64,000 nt of DNA from Brevundimonas sp. (GTDB lineage Bacteria; Pseudomonadota; Alphaproteobacteria; Caulobacterales; Caulobacteraceae): the NCBI GenBank assembly GCA_034676465.1, contig JAUCCG010000069.1, positions 1,283 through 65,282 on the forward strand, in the 5' to 3' direction. Positions within the stretch are counted from its first letter, which is position 1. Each line of letters opens with the position of its first letter. Both the position numbers and the translations under genes were made by a program. Of this stretch, positions 9,112 to 22,763 are shown piece after piece. The notes beneath the pieces are model-generated. The model saw only the letters and a program-made list of their open reading frames with translations. It did not search any database and was not told the DNA's origin.

Positions 9112-10635
9112 CTATTTCTTGGCAGGGAGGCCCGGCAGGCCGGGAAGGCCTCCCGGCAGTTGTCCGCCACCCAGGCCGGAGAGCCGGTCCTGAATGGCTT
9201 TCATTTCGTCAGCAGAGGGTTCCGGCATCTTGCCGCCGCCCATGGCCTTGAGCCGGGCCATGTCGGCCCCGCCGCCACCCATGCCGGGCAGGCCGCCCAT
9301 CATGGCGGCCATCTTCTGCAGGTTCTTGCCGCCGCCACGCGACAGCGACTTGACCATGTCGGCCATCTGCCGGTGTTGTTTCAGCAGGCGGTTGATGTCC
9401 TGGACCTCGACGCCGGCCCCGGCGGCGACCCGCTTCTTGCGGCTGGCGTTGAGCAGGTCGGGCTTCTTGCGCTCGGCCCTGGTCATCGAGCTGATGATGG
9501 CGATCTGACGCGCGATCATCTTGTCGTTGATGTTGTTGTCGGCCATCTGGGCCTTCATCTTGGCCACGCCCGGCAGCATGCCCATGATGCCCTGCAGCCC
9601 GCCCATCTTCGACATCTGCTGCAGCTGGGCCGACAGGTCGTTGAGATCAAACTGCCCCTTGGCCAGCTTGCGGGCCATGGCCTCGGCCTTGGACTGGTCC
9701 AGCTCCTGGCTGGCCTTCTCGACCAGGGCGACGATATCGCCGTGACCCAGGATGCGGCCGGCGACGCGGCGGGCGTCGAACACGTCGAGCGCATCGACCT
9801 TCTCGCCCGAGCCCAGATATTTGATCGGCAGGCCGGTGACCGCCCGCATCGACAGCATGGCCCCGCCGCGACCGTCGCCGTCGGCGCGGGTCAGGACCAG
9901 GCCGGTCAGCGGCAGGCGCTCGTGGAAGGCGGCGGCGGTGCGCACCGCGTCCTGGCCGGTCAGGCTGTCGGCGACCAGCAGGGTCTCGACCGGGTTCGAG
10001 ACCCGGGCGACCTCGGCCACCTCGTTCATCAGGGCCTCGTCGAGCGTGATCCGCCCGGCGGTGTCCAGGATCAGGACGTCGAAGCCCTGGAGTTTGGCCG
10101 ACTGCAGCGCCCGCTTGGCGATCTCGACCGCCGACTGGCCCTCGACGATCGGCAGGGTCGCGACCTCGATCTGCTTGCCGAGGGTGGCCAGCTGTTCCAT
10201 CGCCGCCGGACGACGCGTGTCCAGCGAGGCCATCATGACCTTCTTGCGGTCGAACTTGGTCAGGCGCAGCGCCAACTTGGCCGAGGTCGTGGTCTTGCCC
10301 GAGCCCTGCAGGCCGGCCATCAGGATCACGGCCGGCGGCGTGGCGTTGATGTTCAGCGGGGTCGGCTCCTCGCCCCCCAGCATCTCAACCAGACCGTCAT
10401 AGACGATCTTGACCACCTGATCGGCCGGCTTGACCGAGCGGATGACGTCTTCACCGGTGGCGCGCTCGGTGGCGAAGGCGATGAAGTCCTTGACGACGGG
10501 CAGGGCGACATCGGCCTCAAGCAGCGCCACGCGAACTTCGCGCATCGCCTCGGCCACATCCTTTTCGGACAGGGCGCCGCGCCCGGTAATCCGGTCGAAA
10601 ACGCCTGTCAGTCGCTCGTTCAGGGCCTCGAACAT
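9112..10635 (-). CDS. ffh: Signal recognition particle protein
   Basis: GLQGSGKTTT; DTAGR; Met-rich M domain. Confidence 0.98.
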   Translation of the reverse strand: MFEALNERLTGVFDRITGRGALSEKDVAEAMREVRVALLEADVALPVVKDFIAFATERATGEDVIRSVKPADQVVKIVYDGLVEMLGGEEPTPLNINATPPAVILMAGLQGSGKTTTSAKLALRLTKFDRKKVMMASLDTRRPAAMEQLATLGKQIEVATLPIVEGQSAVEIAKRALQSAKLQGFDVLILDTAGRITLDEALMNEVAEVARVSNPVETLLVADSLTGQDAVRTAAAFHERLPLTGLVLTRADGDGRGGAMLSMRAVTGLPIKYLGSGEKVDALDVFDARRVAGRILGHGDIVALVEKASQELDQSKAEAMARKLAKGQFDLNDLSAQLQQMSKMGGLQGIMGMLPGVAKMKAQMADNNINDKMIARQIAIISSMTRAERKKPDLLNASRKKRVAAGAGVEVQDINRLLKQHRQMADMVKSLSRGGGKNLQKMAAMMGGLPGMGGGGADMARLKAMGGGKMPEPSADEMKAIQDRLSGLGGGQLPGGLPGLPGLPAKK

Positions 10636-10734
10636 ACAAACCTCATGCTCATTCTCGCTTCAGGCCGGAATGACCTGAATCCAGAAAATGAGCGCTCAGC
10701 TCCGACGGGCTGGTTCGGTCCCCATAGAGAAATA

Positions 10735-10776
10735 TCCCCTGGCGACGATCACGTCGGCAGGGGGTTCTCGCCCACC
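10735..10776 (-). ncRNA. Probable ffh 5' leader RNA (alphaproteobacterial ffh motif)
   Basis: Minus-strand hairpin CCCCUG-CCGACG-UGAU-CGUCG-CCAGGGG ~100 nt upstream of ffh; TTGACA at 10837-10832. Confidence 0.5.
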
Positions 10777-11056
10777 TCGTTCTCTTTCGGGGGCTATCGG
10801 TCTGTCGACCTGCTTGAACCCGAACGGGCCGTGTCAAGCAACGCGAAGCGCGGTAGCACCACCGACAAAGCTGTCGTGTGGGTGGAGACGCGAGGTTCAC
10901 TTGCGCCGGAAGCCGGGGCTTATGCGCGAAAATCCGGGCGAAGACAAGCTGGTCGTCCGACGGAGCACACAACCGGTTTCAGCGTTACCATAGGCACTGC
11001 CCGTCCGCCGGCATCCTGATAGGATCGTCAGGCCCTCCTCTCCGGAAAGACCTGCC

Positions 11057-13754
11057 ATGCCTCCCCCCCTCCGACGACCGTCTGCGCGAAGAAGTCCGAC
11101 TGCTGGGCAGTCTGCTCGGCGATGTGATCCGGGACGAGGGGGGACCCGACCTGTTCGACCGGATCGAGGCCGTGCGCCAGGCCTCGGTCGCCTATCACCG
11201 TGACCCCGACATCCATGACACCCGGTCGCTGGAGGCCCTGCTGGCCGAGCTGTCGCTGGATCAGGCGGTCGGCCTGGCCCATGGCTTCGCCACCTTTTCC
11301 CTGCTGGCCAATGTCGCCGAGGACCGCGCCAGCAAGCGCTATGCCCGCGCCCTGTCCGCCGAAGGAGCCCGTGCCGATACTCCCGAAGGTGCGCTGGCGC
11401 GTCTGGTCGGGATCGGTCGCACCCCCGAAGACGCCCGTGATGTGCTGGCCGGAGCCCTGATCTCCCCGGTCCTGACCGCCCATCCGTCCGAGGTCCGTCG
11501 CAAGAGTGTGCTCGACCGCATCACCGCCGTCAGCGACCTGCTGGACGCCTGCGACCAGGACGACCTGGCCTGCGCGCCGGACACCCTGACACGGGGCCTG
11601 CGTCGCCAGACCGTCATCCTGTGGGCGACCCGGCTGGTGCGCACGACCGGCCTGGTGGTGCAGGACGAGATCGACACCGTCGTCTCCTTTCTCGAGCGAG
11701 TCTTCCTGCTGGCCGCGCCGGCCCAGCTGGCCGACTGGCGCCGTCGTCTGAATGCGCCGGACCTGCCGCCCTTCATCCATATCGGATCCTGGGTCGGCGG
11801 CGACCGGGACGGCAATCCCAATGTCGACGCGACCGTGCTGGAGGCCGCCTTCCGTACCCAGGCCCGGGCGGTGCTGCGCTTCTACATGGACGAGGTGAAT
11901 GCCCTCGGGACCGAACTCAGCCTGTCGGACTCGCTGGTCGGGATCAGCGACGATCTGCGCGCCCTGTCCGAGGCCTCCGGCGACACCTCGCCCCATCGCG
12001 CCGGTGAACCCTACCGGCGTGCCCTGTCCGAAATCTACGCCCGACTGTCGGCGACCCATCCGGTCCTGACCGGCCTGGCCGCCGCCCGACCGGCACCCTT
12101 CGCCGCCGAACCCTACAGCGGCCCCGAAGCCTTCCGCACCGACCTGCGCGTGCTGCGGGACAGCCTGATCGCCCACCACGGCGACGTCTTCGCCGATGAT
12201 CGCCTGACCCATCTGATCACCGCCGCCGAGGTATTCGGCTTCCACATGGCGACGATGGATCTGCGCCAGAACGCCGACGTCCATGAGCGGGTCGTCGCCG
12301 ACCTGTTCCGCGCCGCGGGCGTCTGCCCCGACTATCTGGCGCTGGACGAAGAGGCGCGCATGGCCCTGCTGGCGAGCGAGCTGGAGTCCGAGCGCCCGCT
12401 GTTCAGTCCCTATGCCGAGTATAGTGCCGAGACGCTGAAGGAACGCGCCATTCTCGAGGTCGCCGCCGGGGCCCTGGCCCGCTTCGGCCCTCGCGCCCTG
12501 CGCACCCACGTCGTTTCCAAGACCGACGCCGCGTCCGACCTGCTGGAGGTTTATCTGCTGCTCAAGGAGGTCGGTCTGTACCGCCCGTCCGACCCCGGGG
12601 CCTGTCCGATCCAGGCCGCGCCCCTGTTCGAGACCATCGACGACCTGCGCGCGTCCCGGGCGACGCTGGCGCGGCTGATGCGCGAACCCTCGGCCCTGGC
12701 CGTGGCCCGGGCGCGCGGCGTCCAGGAAGTGATGATCGGCTATTCCGACTCCAACAAGGACGGCTCCTATCTGACCTCGACCTGGGAGCTGCACGAGGCC
12801 TCGCGCGCCCTGCTCGACGTGACCCGCGAGGCGGGCGTGCGGCTGCAACTGTTTCACGGCCGCGGCGGGGCGGTCGGACGCGGCGGCGGCTCCAGCTTCG
12901 CCGGGGTGCTGGCCCAGCCCCAGGGCACGGTCGACGGCCGTATCCGTATCACCGAACAGGGCGAGGTCATCGCCAACAAATACGGTGCGCCCGACGTCGC
13001 CCGGCGCAACCTCGACGCCCTGACCTGCGGCGTCCTGCTGGCGTCGTTGCGCCCGGCTCAGGGTGAGACGTTCACCGCCCGCCACGGCGCGACCGTGGCC
13101 GCCCTGTCGACCGCCTCCATGGCCGCCTACCGGGCCCTGGTCTATGAGACCGACGGCTTCGTCGACTATTTCCGCGCCGCCACCCCGATCGCCGAGATCG
13201 CCGAGTTGAAGATCGGCTCGCGGCCCGCGTCGCGCAGTTCCTCCACCGCCATCGAGGATCTGCGCGCGATTCCCTGGGTGTTCAGCTGGTCGTTGTCGCG
13301 CGTGATGCTGCCCGGCTGGTACGGCTTCGGATCGGCGATCCAGGGAGCCGACATGGCGGAGTTGCGGACCATGGCCGCCGACTGGCCGTTCTTCCGCACC
13401 CTGGTGCAGAACATGGAGATGATCATGGCCAAGGCCGACATGACCATCGCCCGCCGCTATGCCGATCTGGTGCCGGACACCGCCCTGGCCGACCGCATCT
13501 ACGGGGCCCTGATCTCCGAATGGGAACGCACCCGCGACGCCGTGCTGGCCATCACCGGCCAGGACGAGCTGCTCGCCGACCAGCCCGAGCTGGACCGGTT
13601 GATCCGCCTGCGCCTGCCCTATGTCGAGCCCCTGAACCATCTGCAGGTCGAACTGATCCGCCGTCGGCGGGCCGGTGACACCGACCCCCGTGTCCGCGAA
13701 GGCATATTGCTGACCATCAACGGCGTCGCGGCGGGCCTGCGCAACAGCGGCTGA
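11057..13754 (+). CDS. ppc: Phosphoenolpyruvate carboxylase (one extra C in a C-run just after the ATG)
   Basis: VLTAHPSE; GSWVGGDRDGNP; VMIGYSDSNKDG; FHGRGGAVGRGGG; LRAIPWVFSW; GLRNSG*. Confidence 0.96.
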
Positions 13755-13782
13755 TCGCTCCGGACCCGCCTCGCCCGACATG

Positions 13783-13814
13783 AAAACGGCCCGGTGGATC
13801 GCTCCACCGGGCCG
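13783..13814. terminator. Intrinsic terminator between convergent ppc and the M3 peptidase
   Basis: AAAA-CGGCCCGGTGGA-TCGC-TCCACCGGGCCG. Confidence 0.8.
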
Positions 13815-13841
13815 ATATTCATCAGGGCGCTTCGGGTCGGG

Positions 13842-16010
13842 TTAGTTGACCGGGAAGCCGCGCACCTTCAGCAGGGCCGCCACGTCCGGGTCACGCCCCC
13901 GGAACTGGCGATAGGCCTCGCCGCGATCGGTGGTGTTGCCGGGGGCCAGGATGATCGACTTGAACCGGCTGGCGATGTCCGGATTGAACACATCTCCCAA
14001 CTCCTCGAAATAGGCCCAGGTGTCGGCGTCCATTGTCTCCGACCACAGGTAGGAATAGTACCCGGCCGAATAGGCGTCCGACGTGAACAGGTGATTGAAC
14101 TGCGGCAGGCGGTGCCGCATCACGATCTCCTTGGGCATGCCGTAGCGAGCCAGGCTTTCGCGCTCGAAGGCGTCGATGTCGGTCGGCGGCGTGGCCCGGG
14201 TATGCAAGTCCATGTCGACCAGGGCCGACGACAGATAGCTGACCGTGGCATAGCCCTGGTTGAAGGTCGCCGCGGCCTCGATCTTGTCGACCAGAGACTG
14301 CGGCATCGATTCGCCCGTCTCGACATGCTTCAGATAGCCGTCGAGGATCGGCCGGGTCAGCACCCAGTGTTCATGCACCTGCGACGGATATTCGACGAAG
14401 TCGCGCGGCGTGCCGCCCAGCGCCGGATAGGTCACGTTCGACGACAGATAGTGCAGGGCGTGACCGAATTCGTGGAACATGGTCTCGGCGTCGTCGAGCG
14501 AGATCAGGACCGGCTGGCCACCCTCGGCCTTGGTGAAATTATTGTTGTTCGAGGCCAGAACATTGTCGTCGCCGGCATAGGTCGAATGCGACCGGTAGGT
14601 CGTCATCCAGGCCCCTGACCGCTTGCCCGGACGGGCATAGTCGTCGGTGTAGTACAGTCCGACCGGACGGCCATGGTCCTTGACCTCATAGACGGTCACG
14701 TCGGGATGGAAGACCGGCACCGTGCCTGTCGGCAGCTTGGTGAAGGTGAAGCCGTACAGGCGTTCGGCCATGGCGAAGGAGCCGGCACGGACGTTGTTCA
14801 GTTCGAAATAGGGCTTCAGCTCGTTCTGATCGAGGTCGTATTTCGCCTTCCGGACCTTCTCGGCATAATACAGATAGTCCCACGGCTCGATGTCGTGACC
14901 GGCGATGGCGCGCATGTCGGCGACCTCCTCGGCGACCCGTGCCTTGGCCGGTGCCCAGACCCGGTTCATCAGGCTCATGGCCGCGGCCGGGGTCTTGGCC
15001 ATCGTGTCCTGCATCCGCCATTCGGCATGGTTGGCGAAGCCCAGAAGGGCCGCGCGCTCGGCCCGCAGCTTCACGATCTCGGCGATGGTGGCGTTGGTGT
15101 CATTGGCATCGCCGTTGTCACCGCGATTGACGAACTTCTTCCACACCGTTTCCCGCAGTCCGCGGTCGTCCGCGAAGCTGAGGAAGGGGTCGACGCTGGA
15201 GCGGCTGTTGACGATGACCCAGCCGTCCAGATTGCGCGATCGCGCGGCAGCGGCGGCGGCGGCCTTGTTGGACGCCGGCATGCCGGCCATTCCGGCCTCG
15301 GTCGGAACCACGGTCCAGGTGCGCTCGTCGGCGACCACCTTCTGGCTGAAGCTGGTGAAGGCATTCGACAGGGCGGTGTTGATCCGGCCCAGTTCCGCCT
15401 TGCCGGCGGCATCGAGGGCGGCGCCGTTCCGCATGAAGGCGTCACGCGACCGGGTCGCGATCCGCGTCTGTTCGGCCGTCAGACCGGCGGCGGCGGCATT
15501 GTCCGCCACAGCCCTGACGCGCTGGAACAGTTTCTCGTTGAAGGTGATTTCATCACCCGCGGCCGACAACAGCGGCGACACCTCGGTATCCACCGCCTGG
15601 TAGTCGTCCGAACCGATATTCTGGATCATTACGCCATAGATTGAATCGGCACGTTCCAGCGGCGCGCCGGCCATCTGCATGGCAACCATGGTGTTGGCGA
15701 AGGTCGGCGCGGCCGGATTGTTGGCGATGGCCAGGATTTCGGCGCGGCGCAGCTCGATACCTTCCAGGATCGCCGCGCGCAGCTTGGCCGCAGTCACCTT
15801 GTCCCACGGCGGCACGCCGCCATAGGGCCCGGCCCATGTCTGCAGCAGCTCGGCCCGCGGCGTCTGGTCCGGAAGAACCGCGCGGGCGATGGCCGCGTCC
15901 GCGGCGAGTGACGTCGGCGAGGTGCCGGCGGCCGTCATGGCACCCGCTGTAGCGCAACCGGTGAGGGCGAAGAGGCTCGCGCCTCCGATCAGGACGTGGC
16001 GTCTGTGCAT
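13842..16010 (-). CDS. M3 family metallopeptidase (Dcp-like), Tat-type lipoprotein signal
   Basis: HEFGH; DFVEYPSQ; GYYSYLWS; N-terminal RR...LTGC. Confidence 0.93.
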   Translation of the reverse strand: MHRRHVLIGGASLFALTGCATAGAMTAAGTSPTSLAADAAIARAVLPDQTPRAELLQTWAGPYGGVPPWDKVTAAKLRAAILEGIELRRAEILAIANNPAAPTFANTMVAMQMAGAPLERADSIYGVMIQNIGSDDYQAVDTEVSPLLSAAGDEITFNEKLFQRVRAVADNAAAAGLTAEQTRIATRSRDAFMRNGAALDAAGKAELGRINTALSNAFTSFSQKVVADERTWTVVPTEAGMAGMPASNKAAAAAAARSRNLDGWVIVNSRSSVDPFLSFADDRGLRETVWKKFVNRGDNGDANDTNATIAEIVKLRAERAALLGFANHAEWRMQDTMAKTPAAAMSLMNRVWAPAKARVAEEVADMRAIAGHDIEPWDYLYYAEKVRKAKYDLDQNELKPYFELNNVRAGSFAMAERLYGFTFTKLPTGTVPVFHPDVTVYEVKDHGRPVGLYYTDDYARPGKRSGAWMTTYRSHSTYAGDDNVLASNNNNFTKAEGGQPVLISLDDAETMFHEFGHALHYLSSNVTYPALGGTPRDFVEYPSQVHEHWVLTRPILDGYLKHVETGESMPQSLVDKIEAAATFNQGYATVSYLSSALVDMDLHTRATPPTDIDAFERESLARYGMPKEIVMRHRLPQFNHLFTSDAYSAGYYSYLWSETMDADTWAYFEELGDVFNPDIASRFKSIILAPGNTTDRGEAYRQFRGRDPDVAALLKVRGFPVN

Positions 16011-16135
16011 GGTCGCTCCGTGTTCTGGATAATGTCTGATGGGCCACCCTAGGCCTATTGCGCCTGACCGTCACATGAACGGCGCGTAATCTTGAACATT
16101 GGACGCGGACCGGCCGGGCGGCTAAAGGCCGCACC

Positions 16136-16999
16136 ATGGCGATTGGCGTATTCGATTCCGGCGTGGGTGGACTGACGGTTCACCGTGAACTGACCCGACG
16201 GTTTCCCCGTCGGGACTTCATCTATCTGGCCGACCAGGCCAATGCCCCGTACGGCGGCCGGGAAGGCGAGGACATCGTCAACCTGACCCGTGCCGGTTGC
16301 GAGCGGCTGTTCGAGGCCGGGGCCAGCGTCATCGTCCTGGCCTGCAATACCGCCAGCGCCATTGCCCTGCGCCGGTTGCAGCAGACCTGGGTGCCCGAGG
16401 CCCGGGCGCGTCATGGGCGTCCCATCAATGTGCTCGGCATCATCGTTCCGACCATCGAAGCCGCGACCGGCCTGCCGTGGGCTTTTGAAGCGGAACGCTC
16501 GGAGCGGTTCGGGGGCGACAAGATCGAGGCGATCGACGTCACCGGCGTGTTCTGCACCGCCGCCACGGCCATGAGCCGCGTCTATGAGATCGAGATCGAC
16601 AAGCGCCGCGAGGATCTGGCGGTGTTTTCCGAGCCCTGCCCCGGCCTGGCCGGCCTGATCGAGCTGGGCGCGCCAACCGAGGAACTGAAGCTGGTCGTCG
16701 ATGACCATGTCGATGCCCTGCGTCGCCGCATCGGCCGCCATCCGGACAAGGCCATTCTCGGCTGCACCCACTACGAGATCGTCGCCGACCTGTTCGCCGC
16801 GGCCCTGCCGCCCGGCACGCCGGTGATCCACCAGCCGACCGCCGTGGCCGACGCCCTCGAACGCTATTTCCTGCGTCATCCGGACTATGATCTGGGATCG
16901 GACGGCCGGCGGACCTTTCTCACCTCCGGCAAGGCAGGTCCGCAGTCGAACCTGGTGGCCCAGTTCTGGGGCGAGCCCCTGACCTTTGATCCGGCCTGA
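16136..16999 (+). CDS. murI: Glutamate racemase
   Basis: IGVFDSGVGGLTV; LACNTAS; LGCTHY. Confidence 0.95.
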   Translation: MAIGVFDSGVGGLTVHRELTRRFPRRDFIYLADQANAPYGGREGEDIVNLTRAGCERLFEAGASVIVLACNTASAIALRRLQQTWVPEARARHGRPINVLGIIVPTIEAATGLPWAFEAERSERFGGDKIEAIDVTGVFCTAATAMSRVYEIEIDKRREDLAVFSEPCPGLAGLIELGAPTEELKLVVDDHVDALRRRIGRHPDKAILGCTHYEIVADLFAAALPPGTPVIHQPTAVADALERYFLRHPDYDLGSDGRRTFLTSGKAGPQSNLVAQFWGEPLTFDPA

Positions 17000-17034
17000 G
17001 TCCGTCAACGCCTGTTTCAGCGGGAGAGCCATCC

Positions 17035-17565
17035 ATGGCCATGCACTGGAAACCACTCGTCGTCGTGGCCCTGGCCACCCTGCTTGTTTCACTCGCCCCG
17101 GCCCGGGCCGAGGTTCGCCACGCCGACGCCGCGGGTTTCGAAATCGGCGACACGCTGGTCATCGACGCCACACCGGCCGTTGTCTGGTCCCGGCTGGTGA
17201 AACCCGATGACTGGTGGTCGGCTGAACATCGCTGGTTCGACAGCGGACGACTGAGCCTGGAGCTGCGGCCGGGAGGCTGCTGGTGTGAGGTCGGGCCGGA
17301 TGGAGCCGGGGCGCAGCACATGACCGTCGGCTACCTTAAACCGGACAAAGCCCTGACCCTGCTCGGCGGCCTCGGACCACTTCAGGCCCTCGGCCTCAGT
17401 GGTGCCTGGCAATTGACATTGAGCGCCGAGGGCGAAGGCACGCGCCTGGCCTGGACCTATGTTGTCAGCGGCTATCGGGCCGAGGGAATTGCCTTCCTGG
17501 CGGCACCGGTCGACGGGGTCCTGACGGAACAGATCGCACGATTGAAAGCCGCCGCCGAGGCCTGA
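17035..17565 (+). CDS. Exported SRPBCC/START-like protein
   Basis: Signal peptide; IDATPAVVWSRL..WW..H; GGLGPLQ. Confidence 0.7.
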   Translation: MAMHWKPLVVVALATLLVSLAPARAEVRHADAAGFEIGDTLVIDATPAVVWSRLVKPDDWWSAEHRWFDSGRLSLELRPGGCWCEVGPDGAGAQHMTVGYLKPDKALTLLGGLGPLQALGLSGAWQLTLSAEGEGTRLAWTYVVSGYRAEGIAFLAAPVDGVLTEQIARLKAAAEA

Positions 17566-17566
17566 C

Positions 17567-18100
17567 CTAGTCGGCCAGCGCGGCTTCCGAGGCGGCAATG
17601 CGGCTGGCGGCATGGACCACGGCGGCGATCCGCATCGCGGCCTGGACCTGGGTATTGGGCACGCTGTGGGTCTTCAGCGCCGCCTCATGGGCATCCATGC
17701 AGGAGCCACAGCCGTTGATCGTGCTGACCGCCAATTCCCACAGTTCGAAATCGACCTTGTCGACGCCCGGATTGGCCAGAATGTTCATCCGCAGACGCGC
17801 CGGCAGGGTGGTGTATTCGGTATTCTGCATCAGGTGCAGGCCACGGTAGTAGATGTTGTTCATGCCCATGATGGCCGCCGCGGACTTGGCCGCCGAGGCC
17901 GCCTCCGGACTCAGCGCCTCACTGGCCGCTGCCGTGATCAGCCGCACCACCGGGGCCACGCCCACCGCATGGGCGCAGGCCAGAAAACAGCCCCATTTCT
18001 GCTGGTCGTTCAGCACCGTCTCGCTGGCCAGCGAGGACAGGTTCAGCGAAATATCCTTGGCATAGGCAGGCATCAGGTCGCGCAGGGCATCGATCGACAT
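17567..18100 (-). CDS. ahpD: Alkyl hydroperoxide reductase AhpD
   Basis: YAKDISLNLSSL; AAIMGMNNIYYR; INGCGSCMDAH. Confidence 0.93.
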   Translation of the reverse strand: MSIDALRDLMPAYAKDISLNLSSLASETVLNDQQKWGCFLACAHAVGVAPVVRLITAAASEALSPEAASAAKSAAAIMGMNNIYYRGLHLMQNTEYTTLPARLRMNILANPGVDKVDFELWELAVSTINGCGSCMDAHEAALKTHSVPNTQVQAAMRIAAVVHAASRIAASEAALAD

Positions 18101-18225
18101 TTTGACTCCTTGGTCGGCTAACGCTCGCGACGCGGTCGCGCGCGACTTGAGCCGGATGGGGTTTATCGGGTTGCCGGGCACAATCGCGCCCAGGTCGCGC
18201 GGGTCCGCGAACGAGCAGGGTGCCC

Positions 18226-18270
18226 AAAAATAGGGGAAGGGCGGCGACGGGTTCACCGCCGCCGCCCTTC
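18226..18270 (-). terminator. Intrinsic terminator between ahpC and ahpD
   Basis: GAAGGGCGGCG...CGCCGCCCTTC stem followed by a T-run on the minus strand. Confidence 0.7.
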
Positions 18271-18279
18271 GTCACAGTC

Positions 18280-18834
18280 TTACGCTGCGATCGTCTCGCC
18301 GCCGACCGGGCGGTTGCAGGCGCACAGTTCGTCGGTCTGCAGGGCGTCGACGACGCGCAGGGTGTCGGCCGGGGCGCGGCCGACGTTCAGGTTGGTGACA
18401 TAGACGTGCTGCACGACGTTGTGCGGGTCGACCACGAAAGTGGCGCGCAGGGCGACGCCCTCCTCCTCGTTGAGGATACCCAGCTGGCGGGCGAACTTGC
18501 CGCCGTTGTCGGCGAACTGCCAGATCGGCAGCTTGTTCAGATCGGCATGGTCGCGACGCCAGGCCAGTTTGACGAACTCGTTATCGGTCGAGCCGCCCAT
18601 CACCACAGTATCGCGGTCCTCGAATTCGCGCGCCAGCGAGGCGAACTCGGCGATTTCGGTCGGGCAGACGAAGGTAAAATCCTTCGGATAGAAAAAGATC
18701 ACCTTCCACTTGCCCTCGAAGCTTTCGCCGGTGATCGGCTCGAACGCCGAAACGCCGTTTTCGTCGTGGTCATTGAAGCCCGGCTTCACGCCGATAACTT
18801 TGAATTCCGGCAGTTTTTCACCAACACCAAGCAT
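18280..18834 (-). CDS. ahpC: Peroxiredoxin AhpC
   Basis: FFYPKDFTFVCPTEI; LQTDELCACN. Confidence 0.96.
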   Translation of the reverse strand: MLGVGEKLPEFKVIGVKPGFNDHDENGVSAFEPITGESFEGKWKVIFFYPKDFTFVCPTEIAEFASLAREFEDRDTVVMGGSTDNEFVKLAWRRDHADLNKLPIWQFADNGGKFARQLGILNEEEGVALRATFVVDPHNVVQHVYVTNLNVGRAPADTLRVVDALQTDELCACNRPVGGETIAA

Positions 18835-18951
18835 GATCTATCCTATCGATTTAGGGACAAAGACGTGGGCGAAGACAGGGAGTCCTTCGCCGCTCCCTGT
18901 CAGATGGTCATCCGCCACCACAAAGTCAAATCGATCGTTTCGTAAGAACGA

Positions 18952-18966
18952 ATAGATTGAACCTAT
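18952..18966. promoter_or_regulatory. OxyR-binding motif
   Basis: ATAG-N7-CTAT between divergent ahpC and oxyR; a second ATAG-N7-TTAT at 19079-19093. Confidence 0.65.
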
Positions 18967-19102
18967 GCCCCAGGACTTAATCATCCGGGTGTCGCCGGTG
19001 ATCCATTTTGCGCCTCAGGACGTCGGGCCGGAGCGGCATGGCAATCGATGAACACAACCGATGGACTTTGATCTGACGATAGCGAACCCTTATATCCGCT
19101 GC

Positions 19103-19990
19103 ATGCTCCCGACCCTGCGACAGCTCCAGTATCTCAAGCTCCTGGCCGAGCACGCCTCGTTCAGCCGCGCCGCCGAGGCCGCCCACGTCAGCCAGCCGGC
19201 GTTGTCGTCGGGCGTGCAGGAGCTGGAGAAAATTCTCGGGGCCCCGGTCGTCGAACGCACGCGCGGCAATGTCCAGCTGACGGCGGTCGGGGCCGAGGCC
19301 GTGCGCCGGGCCGAGGACGTGCTGGCCCGGACCGAGGATCTGGTCGAGGCGGCCCGCAATGCCGGTCGCCCGCTGTCCGGCCGTTTTCGCCTGGGTATCA
19401 TCCCGACCATCGCGCCCTTCCTGTTGCCGGCCAAATTGCCGGGACTCGGCGCGGCCTATCCGGCCCTGCGCCTGTTCATCCGCGAGGACCTGACGCCGCG
19501 ACTGATCGCCGGGCTCAAGGCCGGACAGCTGGACGCGGCGGTGATCGCCCTGCCCTATGCCGCGCCGGGCATTGACCATGCCCGTATCGGCGACGACGAG
19601 ATCCTGGCCGCGGCCCCGGCCGGCCACCGGCTGGCCGCGCCCGGAGCCATCCATCCCGGGGCCTTCAGGGCCGACGATCTGATCCTGCTGGAGGACGGCC
19701 ACTGTCTGCGCGACCAGGCCCTGGCCGCCTTCGATATCGAACCGCCGCGCGGGGACGACGTCTTCGCCGCCACCTCACTGCACACCCTGGTGCAGATGGT
19801 CTCGTCCGGCCTGGGAGTCAGTTTCCTGCCGCGCATGGCCGTTGACGCCGGTCTGGCCGACATGCCCGGCGTGGTGGTTCGTCCGATCTCGGCCAAGGCC
19901 CCCAGTCGCGAGATCGTCGTCGCCTGGCGTCGGGGCTCCAGCCGCGCCGCCGAGGCCCGCCTGCTGGCCGAGGCCATGCAGCTGGACTGA
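19103..19990 (+). CDS. oxyR: H2O2-sensing LysR regulator
   Basis: LysR HTH; LLEDGHCLRDQAL; ATSLHTLVQMV; divergent from ahpC. Confidence 0.93.
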   Translation: MLPTLRQLQYLKLLAEHASFSRAAEAAHVSQPALSSGVQELEKILGAPVVERTRGNVQLTAVGAEAVRRAEDVLARTEDLVEAARNAGRPLSGRFRLGIIPTIAPFLLPAKLPGLGAAYPALRLFIREDLTPRLIAGLKAGQLDAAVIALPYAAPGIDHARIGDDEILAAAPAGHRLAAPGAIHPGAFRADDLILLEDGHCLRDQALAAFDIEPPRGDDVFAATSLHTLVQMVSSGLGVSFLPRMAVDAGLADMPGVVVRPISAKAPSREIVVAWRRGSSRAAEARLLAEAMQLD

Positions 19991-20066
19991 AATACGAAAA
20001 GGGGCCGACGCCCGAGCGCCGACCCCTCATCATGCAACCGCGCCGTCGCCGGCGCAGGCGTCCGGT

Positions 20067-22763
<2,697 letters not shown>

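Noticed and set aside
7735-11019. 1094-aa plus-strand ORF
   Set aside because: Antisense shadow of rimM-rpsP-ffh, expected in high-GC DNA; no motifs.
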